A stretch of DNA of 64,000 nt from Nanobdellota archaeon (lineage in GTDB: Archaea > Nanobdellota > Nanobdellia > Pacearchaeales > GW2011-AR1): positions 11,091 through 75,090 of the forward strand of contig JBBSXO010000002.1 in the NCBI GenBank assembly GCA_038045705.1, written 5' to 3'. The translations under genes were made by a program, and so were the position numbers. This document shows, in pieces, positions 28,232 through 38,244 of the stretch (position 1 is its first letter; each line of letters starts with the position of its first letter). A model generated the notes under the pieces. That model made no database searches and was not told the DNA's origin. It saw only the letters and a list, made by a program, of their open reading frames with translations.

Positions 28232-29956
28232 ATGAGGATACTTACATTACATTGCGACTATATCAAGTTCAAAGCTCTTAAAAAAGCAATAAAGAGCATA
28301 GAAGATTTATCTGAAGAAGAAAAAGAGTCTAAAGAAGTGAAAGAATGTCTTGTTATTTTAACTTCAATAGAACAAGGAGACACAGAAAAAACAATCCATC
28401 AATTAGTAGAAGCGGTTGAAAAAACAGCAAAAGAAGTCAAAACAGATAAAATAGTACTATATCCTTATGCACATCTGTCATCAAACTTAGCAAAACCACA
28501 AATAGCTTTAGAATTATTAAAAGAAGCAGAATCTCAATTAAGTAAAAAATTCAAAACAATTAGAGCTCCATTTGGTTATTATAAGGAATTTGAATTCAAA
28601 TGCAAAGGTCATCCATTGGCAGAGTTAAGTAAGGAATTTAGGCAAGAAGACTCAGTAGAGACTAAATCAAAAATGGTCTCGAAAGAAGAACCAATAGATT
28701 CTTCAAAATTATTAAATCAAATATCTCGTTCAAAGCTAGATACATCAAAACTAAAAGACAACGACCACAGAATCCTAGGACAAAGACTTGACTTATTCAG
28801 TTTCAATGAAGTAGCTCCTGGAATGGTTTTCTGGCATAATAACGGTTTAACAATATATAATGAATTAGTGGGCTTCTGGAGAGATGAACAGAAAAAAGAG
28901 AATTATCTAGAAATAAAAACTCCTCAAATAATGGATTCAAAATTATGGAAAGTATCAGGTCATTGGGACAAATATAAAGAAAATAACTTTATCACAGATT
29001 ATGAAGGCAGATCATTCCTTGTCAAACCAATGAACTGTCCTGGAGGAATGCTGGTCTTCAAAGCAAACTCAAAATCCTACAGAGACTTACCTTTAAAAGT
29101 TTCAGAAATGGGGACAGTTCACAGAACTGAGCTTTCAGGTGTCATTAACGGACTGTTTAGAGTAATACAATTTACCCAAGATGATGCTCATATATTCTGC
29201 GCAGACGAACCTCAGGCAGAATTAGAGATATTAGAAGTAATAAAACTAATAAAAAGATTTTATGAAAAATTCAAATTAGAATTTGATCACGTAGAACTCT
29301 CAACAAGACCTGAAAAAAGAATAGGTTCTGACGAAATGTGGAATAATGCTGAAAGTTTGTTAGAAAAAGCATTAAAGAAAGCTAAGATTAAATATGGTGT
29401 AAAAAAAGGAGAAGGTGCATTCTATGGTCCAAAAATCGACTTTCACGTGAAAGACTCTTTAGAAAGAACTTGGCAGGTTTCAACCATACAGCTTGATTTT
29501 GCGATGCCCGAAAGATTCGAATTAGAATTCACAGATAAAGATAATCATCAAAAAAGACCAATAATGCTTCACAGAGTAATCTATGGTTCATTAGAAAGAT
29601 TTATAGGCATTTTACTAGAGCACACAAACGGAGCTTTACCATTATGGTTATCTCCAAGACAAGTCAGAGTTATATCATTTACAGATAGAAATGATAAGGC
29701 AACTGAAAAACTAGCTCAAGAACTAAAAGAATTAATCCCATCAATAAGAATAGATACTGATACTCGTTCAGACACAGTTCAATCAAAGATCAGAGATGCA
29801 GAAATGCTAAAAGTAAATTATACATTAGTTGTAGGAGATAAAGAAGAAGAAAATGATACTCTAGCTATAAGACCTAGAGGTGGAAAACCGCAATTTAATG
29901 TAAATAAAGATAAATTTGTAAAACAGTTAAAAGAAGAATTATCCAAAAGACTATAA
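28232..29956 (+). CDS. thrS: threonyl-tRNA synthetase, archaeal type with an N-terminal editing domain
   Basis: Class II motifs (FRVIQFTQDDAHIF, GEGAFYGPKIDF), the archaeal editing-domain N-terminus (MRILTLHCDYIKF...) and a C-terminal anticodon-binding domain. Confidence 0.93.
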   Translation: MRILTLHCDYIKFKALKKAIKSIEDLSEEEKESKEVKECLVILTSIEQGDTEKTIHQLVEAVEKTAKEVKTDKIVLYPYAHLSSNLAKPQIALELLKEAESQLSKKFKTIRAPFGYYKEFEFKCKGHPLAELSKEFRQEDSVETKSKMVSKEEPIDSSKLLNQISRSKLDTSKLKDNDHRILGQRLDLFSFNEVAPGMVFWHNNGLTIYNELVGFWRDEQKKENYLEIKTPQIMDSKLWKVSGHWDKYKENNFITDYEGRSFLVKPMNCPGGMLVFKANSKSYRDLPLKVSEMGTVHRTELSGVINGLFRVIQFTQDDAHIFCADEPQAELEILEVIKLIKRFYEKFKLEFDHVELSTRPEKRIGSDEMWNNAESLLEKALKKAKIKYGVKKGEGAFYGPKIDFHVKDSLERTWQVSTIQLDFAMPERFELEFTDKDNHQKRPIMLHRVIYGSLERFIGILLEHTNGALPLWLSPRQVRVISFTDRNDKATEKLAQELKELIPSIRIDTDTRSDTVQSKIRDAEMLKVNYTLVVGDKEEENDTLAIRPRGGKPQFNVNKDKFVKQLKEELSKRL

Positions 29957-30202
29957 TTATAACACAAATACCCAATATCTATCTTTACGCTCTTCAAGTG
30001 AATAAAAACTTAAAGTCTTGTTATTTGGCAAAACAAATGTTCTTTTTAAATAAGGATCTAAATCAATCCTTTCAAGACCTAAGACATCACAAAATGCCCT
30101 CTGTATTTCAGAGTATGATCTATAACCACTAGACCACCACCCTAACAACCTTCTTTTTAGTACAGGAATTTCTCTTCTAGTTATCAAAGGTTCATCTTCC
30201 AC
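29957..30202 (-). CDS. hypothetical protein downstream of the sigma-like gene
   Basis: 81 aa ORF on the same strand as 30267-30803. No motif. Confidence 0.35.
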   Translation of the reverse strand: MEDEPLITRREIPVLKRRLLGWWSSGYRSYSEIQRAFCDVLGLERIDLDPYLKRTFVLPNNKTLSFYSLEERKDRYWVFVL

Positions 30203-30266
30203 AATAATACCATGAAAATAGTATTATTAAACTTAATTTATTATAACCCATTTATACATTAATTAT

Positions 30267-30803
30267 TCAATCATCTCTATCTTGAGATCTACAGTATTCT
30301 CCAACAGATTTTATTGCGTTCCTTATTCTTCTACAAACTTCCTCCATTTTCAATCCAAGTAATTCAGAAATTTCTTTATAATCTACGCCATTAAGCGCAA
30401 GAGAAAGAGCTTCACCGCGACGACGAGGAATCAGGGGTAATACTCTTCTTACTTTTTCAAATTCTTCCCGTTCAATAATTTTATCTAATGTATTAGGAGC
30501 CTCTACATAACAAATCAAACTTGGATTTTTTAATGATTTTAATCTTTTCGCATTGCGGAAGTAATCCATACAAGAATTAGTAAAAATAACATATGCGAGT
30601 CCTCGTAAAGTTCTAGGTATTAATTTACCATCTCTGGCAAGAACAAGTAATTTATAAGCAGTATCTTGAAAAAAGTCTTGAGCTACATCTAAAGAAAGAT
30701 TATATCTCATACGACCCAAATTAACTAGGAGTCGTTCCAAATAGACTAATGACTCAGCTAAATCAGTATCTTTTTCTTCAATAGTTTCATCAAAACGAAC
30801 CAT
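30267..30803 (-). CDS. sigma-70 family (ECF-like) protein with region 2 and region 4
   Basis: Region-2-like AQDFFQDTAYKLLVLARDGKLIPRTLRGLAYVIFTNSCMDYFRNAKR (D..Q.....l......f..wl..I..N...D..R). Region-4 HTH LPLIPRRRGEALSLALNGVDYKEISELLGLKMEEVCRRIRNAIKSV. Confidence 0.65.
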   Translation of the reverse strand: MVRFDETIEEKDTDLAESLVYLERLLVNLGRMRYNLSLDVAQDFFQDTAYKLLVLARDGKLIPRTLRGLAYVIFTNSCMDYFRNAKRLKSLKNPSLICYVEAPNTLDKIIEREEFEKVRRVLPLIPRRRGEALSLALNGVDYKEISELLGLKMEEVCRRIRNAIKSVGEYCRSQDRDD

Positions 30804-30907
30804 GACTTAAAAATTATAAATTTACTTTTAAAACTATCTCCTGTGGTAAAAATTGGCGACATATTTATATATCAATTATTCAATAACTAAATATCAAGAG
30901 GCTCATA

Positions 30908-31543
30908 ATGAAAATTCAACCATACGTCCAAAAACTTCAAACATCTGAAAAATATAAAAAGTTTATAAAAGAAAACGCAGAATCATTTCTAGTCGCAGGA
31001 TTCTTTGTTTTAGATTATGAGGCTGGGATGAATGTACATCAAATAGATTATTATGTACCATCGAAAAGACAAGTTGCAGCATTTAATTTAGACGGGGAAG
31101 TCGAAGTTCGTCTTTTAGATATGATGCATAAAGAAAAAAAACCTGAAAAATTAGATATTAGAACAAAAGTAGATCTTGACGCATTAAAAGGAATTCTTGA
31201 AGATGAGATGAAGAACAGAAATATAACTGAAACTATAAAAAAATGTGTTGCAGTTATTCAGATGGTAGATGGCAAAAAATTATGGGTATTAAATTGTGTC
31301 CTTTCAGGCATGGAAATATTAAAAGCCCATGTAGATGATGAATCAAGAACAGTTTTAAAAATGGAAAAATCTTCAATGCTTGACTATGTAAAAAAAATGC
31401 CTGCTATGCCTCAACAAAGTCCTAAAGCAAATAAAGAAACTCTTCAAAAACAAATTGAGCAATTAAATAAATTAAAAGAACAATTAGAGAATGAAAAAGC
31501 CCAATTAGATAAGCAAGGAAAGTCTAGTGAAAACGTAGAATAA
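30908..31543 (+). CDS. hypothetical protein with a C-terminal coiled coil
   Basis: 211 aa. The tail KETLQKQIEQLNKLKEQLENEKAQLDKQ is coiled-coil-like. Confidence 0.45.
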   Translation: MKIQPYVQKLQTSEKYKKFIKENAESFLVAGFFVLDYEAGMNVHQIDYYVPSKRQVAAFNLDGEVEVRLLDMMHKEKKPEKLDIRTKVDLDALKGILEDEMKNRNITETIKKCVAVIQMVDGKKLWVLNCVLSGMEILKAHVDDESRTVLKMEKSSMLDYVKKMPAMPQQSPKANKETLQKQIEQLNKLKEQLENEKAQLDKQGKSSENVE

Positions 31544-32092
31544 TTATTTATTTCTCAATGACCAAAGTTGTTTTGTGTAACCCCTTTGTTCACAATCAGA
31601 CTCCTTAAACCCAAGACTATTCCTAACATCTATAATTTTATTTCTAGCAACATTAACCTCTTTAATAGAACACAGAACTTCCAATTCTAAAAACCAACCT
31701 AATTTCTTAACATAATTCAGTTCTATATTTACCCCACTCTTAGTCTTATAAAGTTCAGTAGTTTTTTCCTTATGAAGCCACTTTCTAAAACCAAAGTCTT
31801 TAATCAAATCAAAAAAACCATCAATATCAGATATCTGGAACTGGACTTCTTTTTTTGCATGAATACAATTAGATAAGTTAATTCTTTTCTTAAAATTAAC
31901 CTCTCTAATTTTTCCCATATCTCTAACACGAAGGCTCTTTTCAGGATACTGAAAATATTCTAATGTATAATAATCATCTTTTTTATTTTGTTTTTTAACA
32001 AACTTAGCAATTTTTTTTATTCTATTTCTAACGCTATACAAATCTTTTTTTTCAAATGGTATTTTAGTTTCAACTTCTATCCAGCTCATCAT
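31544..32092 (-). CDS. CYTH-domain protein (CyaB/ThTPase-like)
   Basis: N-terminal ExExK signature (WIEVETKI), a length of about 180 aa, and ELNYV...FLELEV strands typical of CYTH. Confidence 0.65.
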   Translation of the reverse strand: MMSWIEVETKIPFEKKDLYSVRNRIKKIAKFVKKQNKKDDYYTLEYFQYPEKSLRVRDMGKIREVNFKKRINLSNCIHAKKEVQFQISDIDGFFDLIKDFGFRKWLHKEKTTELYKTKSGVNIELNYVKKLGWFLELEVLCSIKEVNVARNKIIDVRNSLGFKESDCEQRGYTKQLWSLRNK

Positions 32093-32127
32093 AACCTCAA
32101 TTAATTCTAGTTCTTTGTCTTTTTAAA

Positions 32128-32655
32128 TTAAGGCACATAAGTATCACAAATAACTTGTTGTCTTGTAGGATTACAAATAGTATCTGATTTTCCTACAACT
32201 GCACTAACAGTTACAGACAAAGGAGTGTAATCAAGATTCCTAACTGCAGCTTCAACAGAGTTGTATTCAACTAACCTAGAGTAATTTGTATCAATATTAA
32301 TATCTAGTATGTCTAGTTCAACTGGACTCTCAACATGCAAATTGCCAATATCATCTGTAACTGAAAATCTCAAATCATTAATATCTTTACCACCCGGAAA
32401 TCTTTCAACATTAATAAGAATTCCATCACCAGTAGTACCAGGTAATCCGATACTCTGAAGAAATTCTCTTGTGAAAATAAGACAATTATTTACTTCTAAA
32501 TCTATCCCAAAACATAAAGAAGAATCTCCAGAAGTGTTTTTATTAACATTTCCAAGGTAAGCTCTTAAAAATATAGATGTCCCTACAACAGCAATAAGAA
32601 TAAGAATAATATAAGCAACAACAGAACCAACGCCATTTCTTTTCATACTAATCAT
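32128..32655 (-). CDS. archaeal type IV pilin-like protein (class III signal peptide)
   Basis: MKRNG|VGSVVAYIILILIAVVGTSIF is a basic leader, a G-V/I cleavage-type motif and a hydrophobic helix. Confidence 0.6.
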   Translation of the reverse strand: MISMKRNGVGSVVAYIILILIAVVGTSIFLRAYLGNVNKNTSGDSSLCFGIDLEVNNCLIFTREFLQSIGLPGTTGDGILINVERFPGGKDINDLRFSVTDDIGNLHVESPVELDILDINIDTNYSRLVEYNSVEAAVRNLDYTPLSVTVSAVVGKSDTICNPTRQQVICDTYVP

Positions 32656-33425
32656 CTAACTATTGTTATAGACCCTCCAGTATTAGGATTAACTTGACAA
32701 CAAACAGTTTTATTTCCAGGAGGTAATATTCCATTTATTAATTGACGAGTAATTGGATTAATTGGATAAGATTGATCCATTCCATTATAACACTCACTGT
32801 AATTAACAGGGTGTTGACAACAATTCCCAGCCCTATTACTATTAGAATATGTTCCTCCAGTATATGTATTATTAGACACATTTCCAAGTGGAGGGGTCAT
32901 AGTTACAGAAGGACATCTTACAGAGTTGGATGCAATAGGGCAGACATCTTTATTTTTTCCAATTAAAGCAGCAACACGTAATAAATGAGGTTCTCCCGCC
33001 TGAACAGGTATAGCATCATAAGGATCTGTAAATTGTAAACTCTGTAATTCTCCCAACCCAATTGCATTTAAATTTCTATCATAAGTACCCTTTCCCCCAA
33101 GCCAATTTTCAAATATAAATCTTAGACCTGTTACATTTCCTTGTCCAACACTTCTTTTAACAAGAACATTTGCTTCATAATAACCGCCTCCAATTTGATA
33201 ATTACATGCCCCATAAGTCTGACAGTTCATAAGTTCAAGATTAACTGTCAAGCAATCAGGATCAACAATTTCACTAGAAGCGTTTTCTATATTTTTTGAA
33301 ATAAATGCCCAAAGTAACGCTACTCCTATAATTGCCCCAAGAGTTATTAGTGCAACAGAAACAACAGAACTAATACCTCCCCGATCAATCATCAATAAAA
33401 ATATAATTCCATTATTTATAAACAA
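32652..33425 (-). CDS. archaeal type IV pilin-like protein with a Cys-rich C-terminal domain
   Basis: DRGG|ISSVVSVALITLGAIIGVALLW is a class III signal-like N-terminus. Overlaps the downstream pilin gene by 4 nt. Confidence 0.55.
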   Translation of the reverse strand: MFINNGIIFLLMIDRGGISSVVSVALITLGAIIGVALLWAFISKNIENASSEIVDPDCLTVNLELMNCQTYGACNYQIGGGYYEANVLVKRSVGQGNVTGLRFIFENWLGGKGTYDRNLNAIGLGELQSLQFTDPYDAIPVQAGEPHLLRVAALIGKNKDVCPIASNSVRCPSVTMTPPLGNVSNNTYTGGTYSNSNRAGNCCQHPVNYSECYNGMDQSYPINPITRQLINGILPPGNKTVCCQVNPNTGGSITIVR

Positions 33426-33530
33426 TACCTCGCCATATCCATAACTATATATAATCTCAAATGACGTTAATTTAAGTTATAAGACAAATAAGGCTTTGAA
33501 AATCGCATATTTCTTTATAATCAAAGCTAA

Positions 33531-33731
33531 ATGAATAATCGTAGAAATAGTTTTTGGAACAAAGCAGACACAACAAGAAGTTGTTCGTGTGGTAGAACTC
33601 TAAAACAAAAGAAAAGAGTTAACTATCCATTCGGTAGAAATTCACAACCCATAGTAACAAAATTCTACAAATGCGACACTTGTCAGAAAAATCTAAAACC
33701 CTTAGTTAGGGAAAGTAAAAAATTAGTATAA
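33531..33731 (+). CDS. small basic zinc-ribbon-like protein
   Basis: 66 aa with two Cys pairs (CSCG...CDTC). Confidence 0.35.
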   Translation: MNNRRNSFWNKADTTRSCSCGRTLKQKKRVNYPFGRNSQPIVTKFYKCDTCQKNLKPLVRESKKLV

Positions 33732-33761
33732 AAAATAAAATAAAAAATAAATAGTAATTAA

Positions 33762-34214
33762 CTAACAATCAATAGGTTGTGTAGTTATCTGACACAATTG
33801 TCCACCACTAACAACGACTGTATTAACACTTATAGCGTCAAATGTTGAAGAAGTTGTACCTACAACTGTCAATGTACTAAGCTCAGATAAAGTAGTGTCA
33901 CTAGCAACAGGAGTTGTTACAACTTTTTGAGTCTCTTCATTAGCATTTTCAAATACAAGATCTACAGAATCAAATTCTCCGGCTCCCGGGTTACGTTTCA
34001 CTACGACATTCCATTGACCTTCAGTACTGCCAGGTACACAACTAATCGGCTCCACACTAACTGTAAAACAATCAGCTTGAATTCCAGCAGCGCCCTTATC
34101 AATTGTTGGTTTTACAACAGACCATATAACAGCAATTCCGACAATTACCAGAAGTACTATGAGGACATTAGCGACAACTTCACTCACTCCTTTTTTTGAA
34201 TTAAACATTCTCAT
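33762..34214 (-). CDS. archaeal type IV pilin-like protein (class III signal peptide)
   Basis: SKKG|VSEVVANVLIVLLVIVGIAVIW is a canonical archaeal prepilin-like N-terminus. Confidence 0.65.
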   Translation of the reverse strand: MRMFNSKKGVSEVVANVLIVLLVIVGIAVIWSVVKPTIDKGAAGIQADCFTVSVEPISCVPGSTEGQWNVVVKRNPGAGEFDSVDLVFENANEETQKVVTTPVASDTTLSELSTLTVVGTTSSTFDAISVNTVVVSGGQLCQITTQPIDC

Positions 34215-34269
34215 AAACCTCCTTTACAGTTAAGACAATATCAAGGACTTTATAAATTATTCGCCCAAA

Positions 34270-35946
34270 TCAGGGGTGTGAAAACCAATATTCAGCAATC
34301 TCTTCATGAACTCTGTCAAACTTTACAAACCCAAACCTTTCAAACTGAACAACCGTTCCAGACTTTATTTTAGCGCCAGCAGGCTCTACAAAACCTGCAA
34401 TCCAATTCCCATCAGGCATCAATATTCGAGTTTTTACTGCTCCAGATGAAACCCAGTTTATTTTAGGTATCTTCTTATTATCTATAGAAGTAATTTCAGT
34501 TCTCTCTCCTATTTTTACATTAAATAAATGTAAAAGTCTAACTTCATTTCCACGATTTTTATCAAAGTCTTTTCCAGAAATTGCAATATCATCACTAACT
34601 AAAACCTCTCTAGTATCTTCAGGTCTATCTGGATGATTGGGTACAATAATTCTATCTACCCCATTCATTTCAGAAGCAGAGATATTCAGCTTCTTAGGGT
34701 CCTCAACAAAAGAATAACGTAAAGTTTCTGAATCAATCATCTGACGATTTATTGCATAAAGAACATCAATAGGCACAATAATATCTTGTTTATTCAAACC
34801 AATTCTTTTAACAAACTCTCGTATAGCTTCAGGTTTTATTCCTCTTCTAGCTAAACTCTGAACGCTCCAAGTTCTAGGATCATCCCATCCGCTAAACTCT
34901 CCAGAACTAACTTCTTTAGCAGCTTTTGATTTAGAGATTTTAGCACCAACACCTTCAAGCCTAATAACTCCAACGTGAATTAAAATAGGGTGCTTCCACT
35001 TAAATAAATCCCAAATATATTTTTCCATATCACTCTCAATCATTAATTCATTTCCTCTTATTATATGTGTAATTCCAAGCAAATGATCATCTACTGCCCA
35101 GCACATTTCAAGAGTTGGCCAGACTCTATACTTCGTTCCTACTCTAGGATGAGGTCTATCCGCAATTCTAAAAAGTACTCTGTCCCTAAAAGCAGGATTA
35201 GGATGTTGCATATCCGTTTTAATTCGTAAAACTGCTTCTCCTTCTTTAACTTTAGAATTGAACAATTCTTTCCATCTAGAATGTTGAATTCCAGTGGGAT
35301 ATTGTCTGCAAGAACATTCTTTTCCTTCGGCTCTATTTTGCCTTAATAATTCAGCCTTGCAGTAGCAAACATAAGCTTTATTCATTTCAATTAATTTTTC
35401 AGCATATTCATAATAAATCTCGAGCCTATCTGATTTAAAATAAGTCTTTTTATAATTAATTCCAAGCCATTTAAATGCATCAGGAATTAAATCATAAGCC
35501 TCCTTCACAATAGGTTTTTCAACACTTCCTATAGTATCATCCATAACAAGAAGCAAATCCCCGTTATATTTTTCAGCATATAATGCATTAAGCAAGTAAG
35601 TCTTAGTATTTCCTATATGCAATGCTCCAGATGGAAAAGGCGCAAGTCTCAAGACCATTTTTTTACCAATATCTGAAGGTGGTAATTCAGGAAGTTCATA
35701 ATCTTCAGTTTTATCAGTTTTCTTAACTAAATCTTTAACACTATCAAATAATTTAGCCCTATTTTTCTCATTTAATAAATTAACATCATCAACAGTTTTG
35801 TTAACAATCTTCATAACAAGAGGGATTTCCTTCTTATCCAAACCATGCTGAAACAGTTTTGTTAAGACTCTTGAAGCATCTGCCTTGCCATGTTCCATGG
35901 CATTTTGTAATGCATATGCCAGTATTTCCCTAGAAAAATCTTTCAT
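34270..35946 (-). CDS. gltX: glutamyl-tRNA synthetase (archaeal type)
   Basis: Class I HIGH variant (PSGALHIGNTKT), KMSKS variant (GAKISKSK) and an archaeal GluRS-like architecture of 558 aa. Confidence 0.9.
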   Translation of the reverse strand: MKDFSREILAYALQNAMEHGKADASRVLTKLFQHGLDKKEIPLVMKIVNKTVDDVNLLNEKNRAKLFDSVKDLVKKTDKTEDYELPELPPSDIGKKMVLRLAPFPSGALHIGNTKTYLLNALYAEKYNGDLLLVMDDTIGSVEKPIVKEAYDLIPDAFKWLGINYKKTYFKSDRLEIYYEYAEKLIEMNKAYVCYCKAELLRQNRAEGKECSCRQYPTGIQHSRWKELFNSKVKEGEAVLRIKTDMQHPNPAFRDRVLFRIADRPHPRVGTKYRVWPTLEMCWAVDDHLLGITHIIRGNELMIESDMEKYIWDLFKWKHPILIHVGVIRLEGVGAKISKSKAAKEVSSGEFSGWDDPRTWSVQSLARRGIKPEAIREFVKRIGLNKQDIIVPIDVLYAINRQMIDSETLRYSFVEDPKKLNISASEMNGVDRIIVPNHPDRPEDTREVLVSDDIAISGKDFDKNRGNEVRLLHLFNVKIGERTEITSIDNKKIPKINWVSSGAVKTRILMPDGNWIAGFVEPAGAKIKSGTVVQFERFGFVKFDRVHEEIAEYWFSHP

Positions 35947-35976
35947 TAAAATTACAAATTAATTGTATATTTAAAA

Positions 35977-36195
35977 TTACCTTCTATAATCAATATAAGC
36001 AAGATGTTTATCAGAATCCTCTGATTCTGAAATGATTTCAAGATTACTAATTTCATCCCTCTTACCTGCAGAAGAAGATAGAGATCCATATAGACCAATT
36101 CCAAGGCTCAAAAGAATAATGGACAAATCAATCAAATAATTATTTCTAGAAGATTCATGCACAGGAACATATTGTCCGCGTAACATAATCAACAA
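35977..36195 (-). CDS. small membrane protein (weak)
   Basis: 72 aa with one TM helix. Confidence 0.3.
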   Translation of the reverse strand: MLIMLRGQYVPVHESSRNNYLIDLSIILLSLGIGLYGSLSSSAGKRDEISNLEIISESEDSDKHLAYIDYRR

Positions 36196-36215
36196 AGAAC
36201 TATTTAATATATAAA

Positions 36216-38204
36216 CTATTCTAAAGGAGCTCCAGAAAATGAGCTATTATTTGCTTTTCCAGGAATTTCTCCTCCAAGAGATGCTGGCAGACCACTAAAC
36301 CCTCCCCCATAAACTGAATGGTGTATCTCTGGGTTAATAGGGCCTAGTCCACCAAAGTAACCTCCATCATTCATTATTGCGCTATTCCAGTAAGCAGACC
36401 CAGCATTACCCATTGAACCTTCAGCATACACTGGAGCAGTCAATCCAGAAAGAGATTCAGCAACAGGCGTCTTAGTCATTCCTAACCCACCTTGACGTGA
36501 AAACCAGTCTCCTGTTTCTATTGCCTTTTTAGCCTTTCTAAAATTTTCCCCCCATTCCTGATTGTTAAGAATTTCATCAATAGGAACGTTACCCATTCCA
36601 GCAGGCAATTCAGCATCTTCAAACCCTAAGTTATCAGCAATATGCATATGCTTAACATGTTTAGAGATTGTTTTAGCCTGATTCAAAACATCTTGTCGAT
36701 TATAACCCCATTTCTGAATTGAATTAATATGTCCAACGTCCCAAGTTGCTCCAATAATTTTTTCAGCTGTCTTTTTTGCCTCATCTTTAGAAAGACCCAA
36801 TCCACCATTTTTTGTAGGAGCACTAGCTTTTTCAATAAATTTCCTTTGAGTTTCTTCAACAAGTTCAGCAATTTCATCAGCCCTGGTTAATCCAGACATT
36901 CCAGCAGGAGGATTTTCAATACTAATTATTCCAGGAGCAAATCCATGTTTTTTAGCATTTTGATAAGCATGTATTGCAACATTAGAAAAAGTATCAGACC
37001 CTTTATCAACGGCAAATTTTCGAAGTGGCTTAAACAACTCAGGTTTAATCCCCTCGCTACCTAGCAGTCTCGTACCTTCCGAAATTTTATCTTGTAAATC
37101 AACAAAATTATAATCTTTATTGAATCTATCCCATGCACCCATTAACTCTTTCTTATAATTTCCAAGTTTAGCCAAAGCCTTTCCATTATCTTTTTCTTTA
37201 TTTCTCAAAGCTTCACCATAAGCCTCACTATACAAATCTTTAAGCTGGTCATAAGATTCTCTGACGAAAAAATCAGCATTTTGTAAACCTGAAACTCCAT
37301 TATTAATTAAAGAAGCAACCTGCGGATTTTTCTGCCTTATTTCTTCAAGATCTTTTTTATATCTTTCATAATCTTTGCTATAAACCTTATAACCCTCAAA
37401 AAGACTCTCTGAATATTCAGGTGCAATTTCTTTTATCTTTGAATTATTTTCTTTCACATTAGTTAGATTCTCAATAACTTCTCTATTCACCCGAGTATTA
37501 TTAACATAAACAGATTCTATTTGTTTTTTCCACTGCTCCTTATTAAATTCATCAAGAGTTTTTTTCATTTCATAGTCTTCTTTTTTGCCATCATCAAAAT
37601 AATCTTTTTTTGGAATAGGCAAATTTCCAATCTGTCCAGAACGCTCATTATAAACAGCCATCTGAACTGTCTTTTCTCTACGATCATTCTTATCATCAAC
37701 AACAATAATTTTTCTTTCAACTTCAGGTAATCCATTATTAGAGTGAAATGTCATTACTATTCCCTTCTCTTTATCATCTGAATTCATCTGCTGTGCCAAT
37801 TCAACAGCAGCCTTCATCTGTTTTTCAGCTTCAACTCTCTGATCTTCAGACCAATTACCTCTAGAAAATCCAGTAGACTCAACAAGAGGTCCATGAAAAG
37901 TTAAATCAACACCAGTCAGTTTTCTAAGTCTGTCTATTTCTTTCCAATGCTGTTTAGGAATGGAAGCTAAATGTTTCATAGGCCCTGCCCCACTTAACCC
38001 AAGACCTGAAACCTCGATAGTCTGAGCACCAGTATTCAATTTATCAGAAACTTTTTTCAACTGATTGGCAGTCAACGGATCAGTAGGATATGCAATATCT
38101 TTCACAGAAGGGTGATAAGCTTTAGCACCTAAGAAACCACCATATGGTTTCTCAAAAGGATAACTAGAACCATTTTCAGGATAAAAAGTCTCGTAACTTG
38201 CCAT
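36216..38204 (-). CDS. xylose-isomerase-like (AP-endonuclease-2 type) TIM-barrel protein interrupted by a helical insertion of about 270 aa, with a Gly-rich tail
   Basis: N-terminal barrel strands (IEVSG, LTFHGP, VMTFHSNNG) and C-terminal barrel strands (ISIENPP, ATWDVGHIN, HMHIADNLGFEDAELPAGMGNVPI) are separated by a Lys/Glu-rich helical region. The C-terminal tail is G/S-rich. Confidence 0.5.
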   Translation of the reverse strand: MASYETFYPENGSSYPFEKPYGGFLGAKAYHPSVKDIAYPTDPLTANQLKKVSDKLNTGAQTIEVSGLGLSGAGPMKHLASIPKQHWKEIDRLRKLTGVDLTFHGPLVESTGFSRGNWSEDQRVEAEKQMKAAVELAQQMNSDDKEKGIVMTFHSNNGLPEVERKIIVVDDKNDRREKTVQMAVYNERSGQIGNLPIPKKDYFDDGKKEDYEMKKTLDEFNKEQWKKQIESVYVNNTRVNREVIENLTNVKENNSKIKEIAPEYSESLFEGYKVYSKDYERYKKDLEEIRQKNPQVASLINNGVSGLQNADFFVRESYDQLKDLYSEAYGEALRNKEKDNGKALAKLGNYKKELMGAWDRFNKDYNFVDLQDKISEGTRLLGSEGIKPELFKPLRKFAVDKGSDTFSNVAIHAYQNAKKHGFAPGIISIENPPAGMSGLTRADEIAELVEETQRKFIEKASAPTKNGGLGLSKDEAKKTAEKIIGATWDVGHINSIQKWGYNRQDVLNQAKTISKHVKHMHIADNLGFEDAELPAGMGNVPIDEILNNQEWGENFRKAKKAIETGDWFSRQGGLGMTKTPVAESLSGLTAPVYAEGSMGNAGSAYWNSAIMNDGGYFGGLGPINPEIHHSVYGGGFSGLPASLGGEIPGKANNSSFSGAPLE

Positions 38205-38244
38205 CTCCCCTCTATATAATGATTAATTCAGAATATATAAACCT

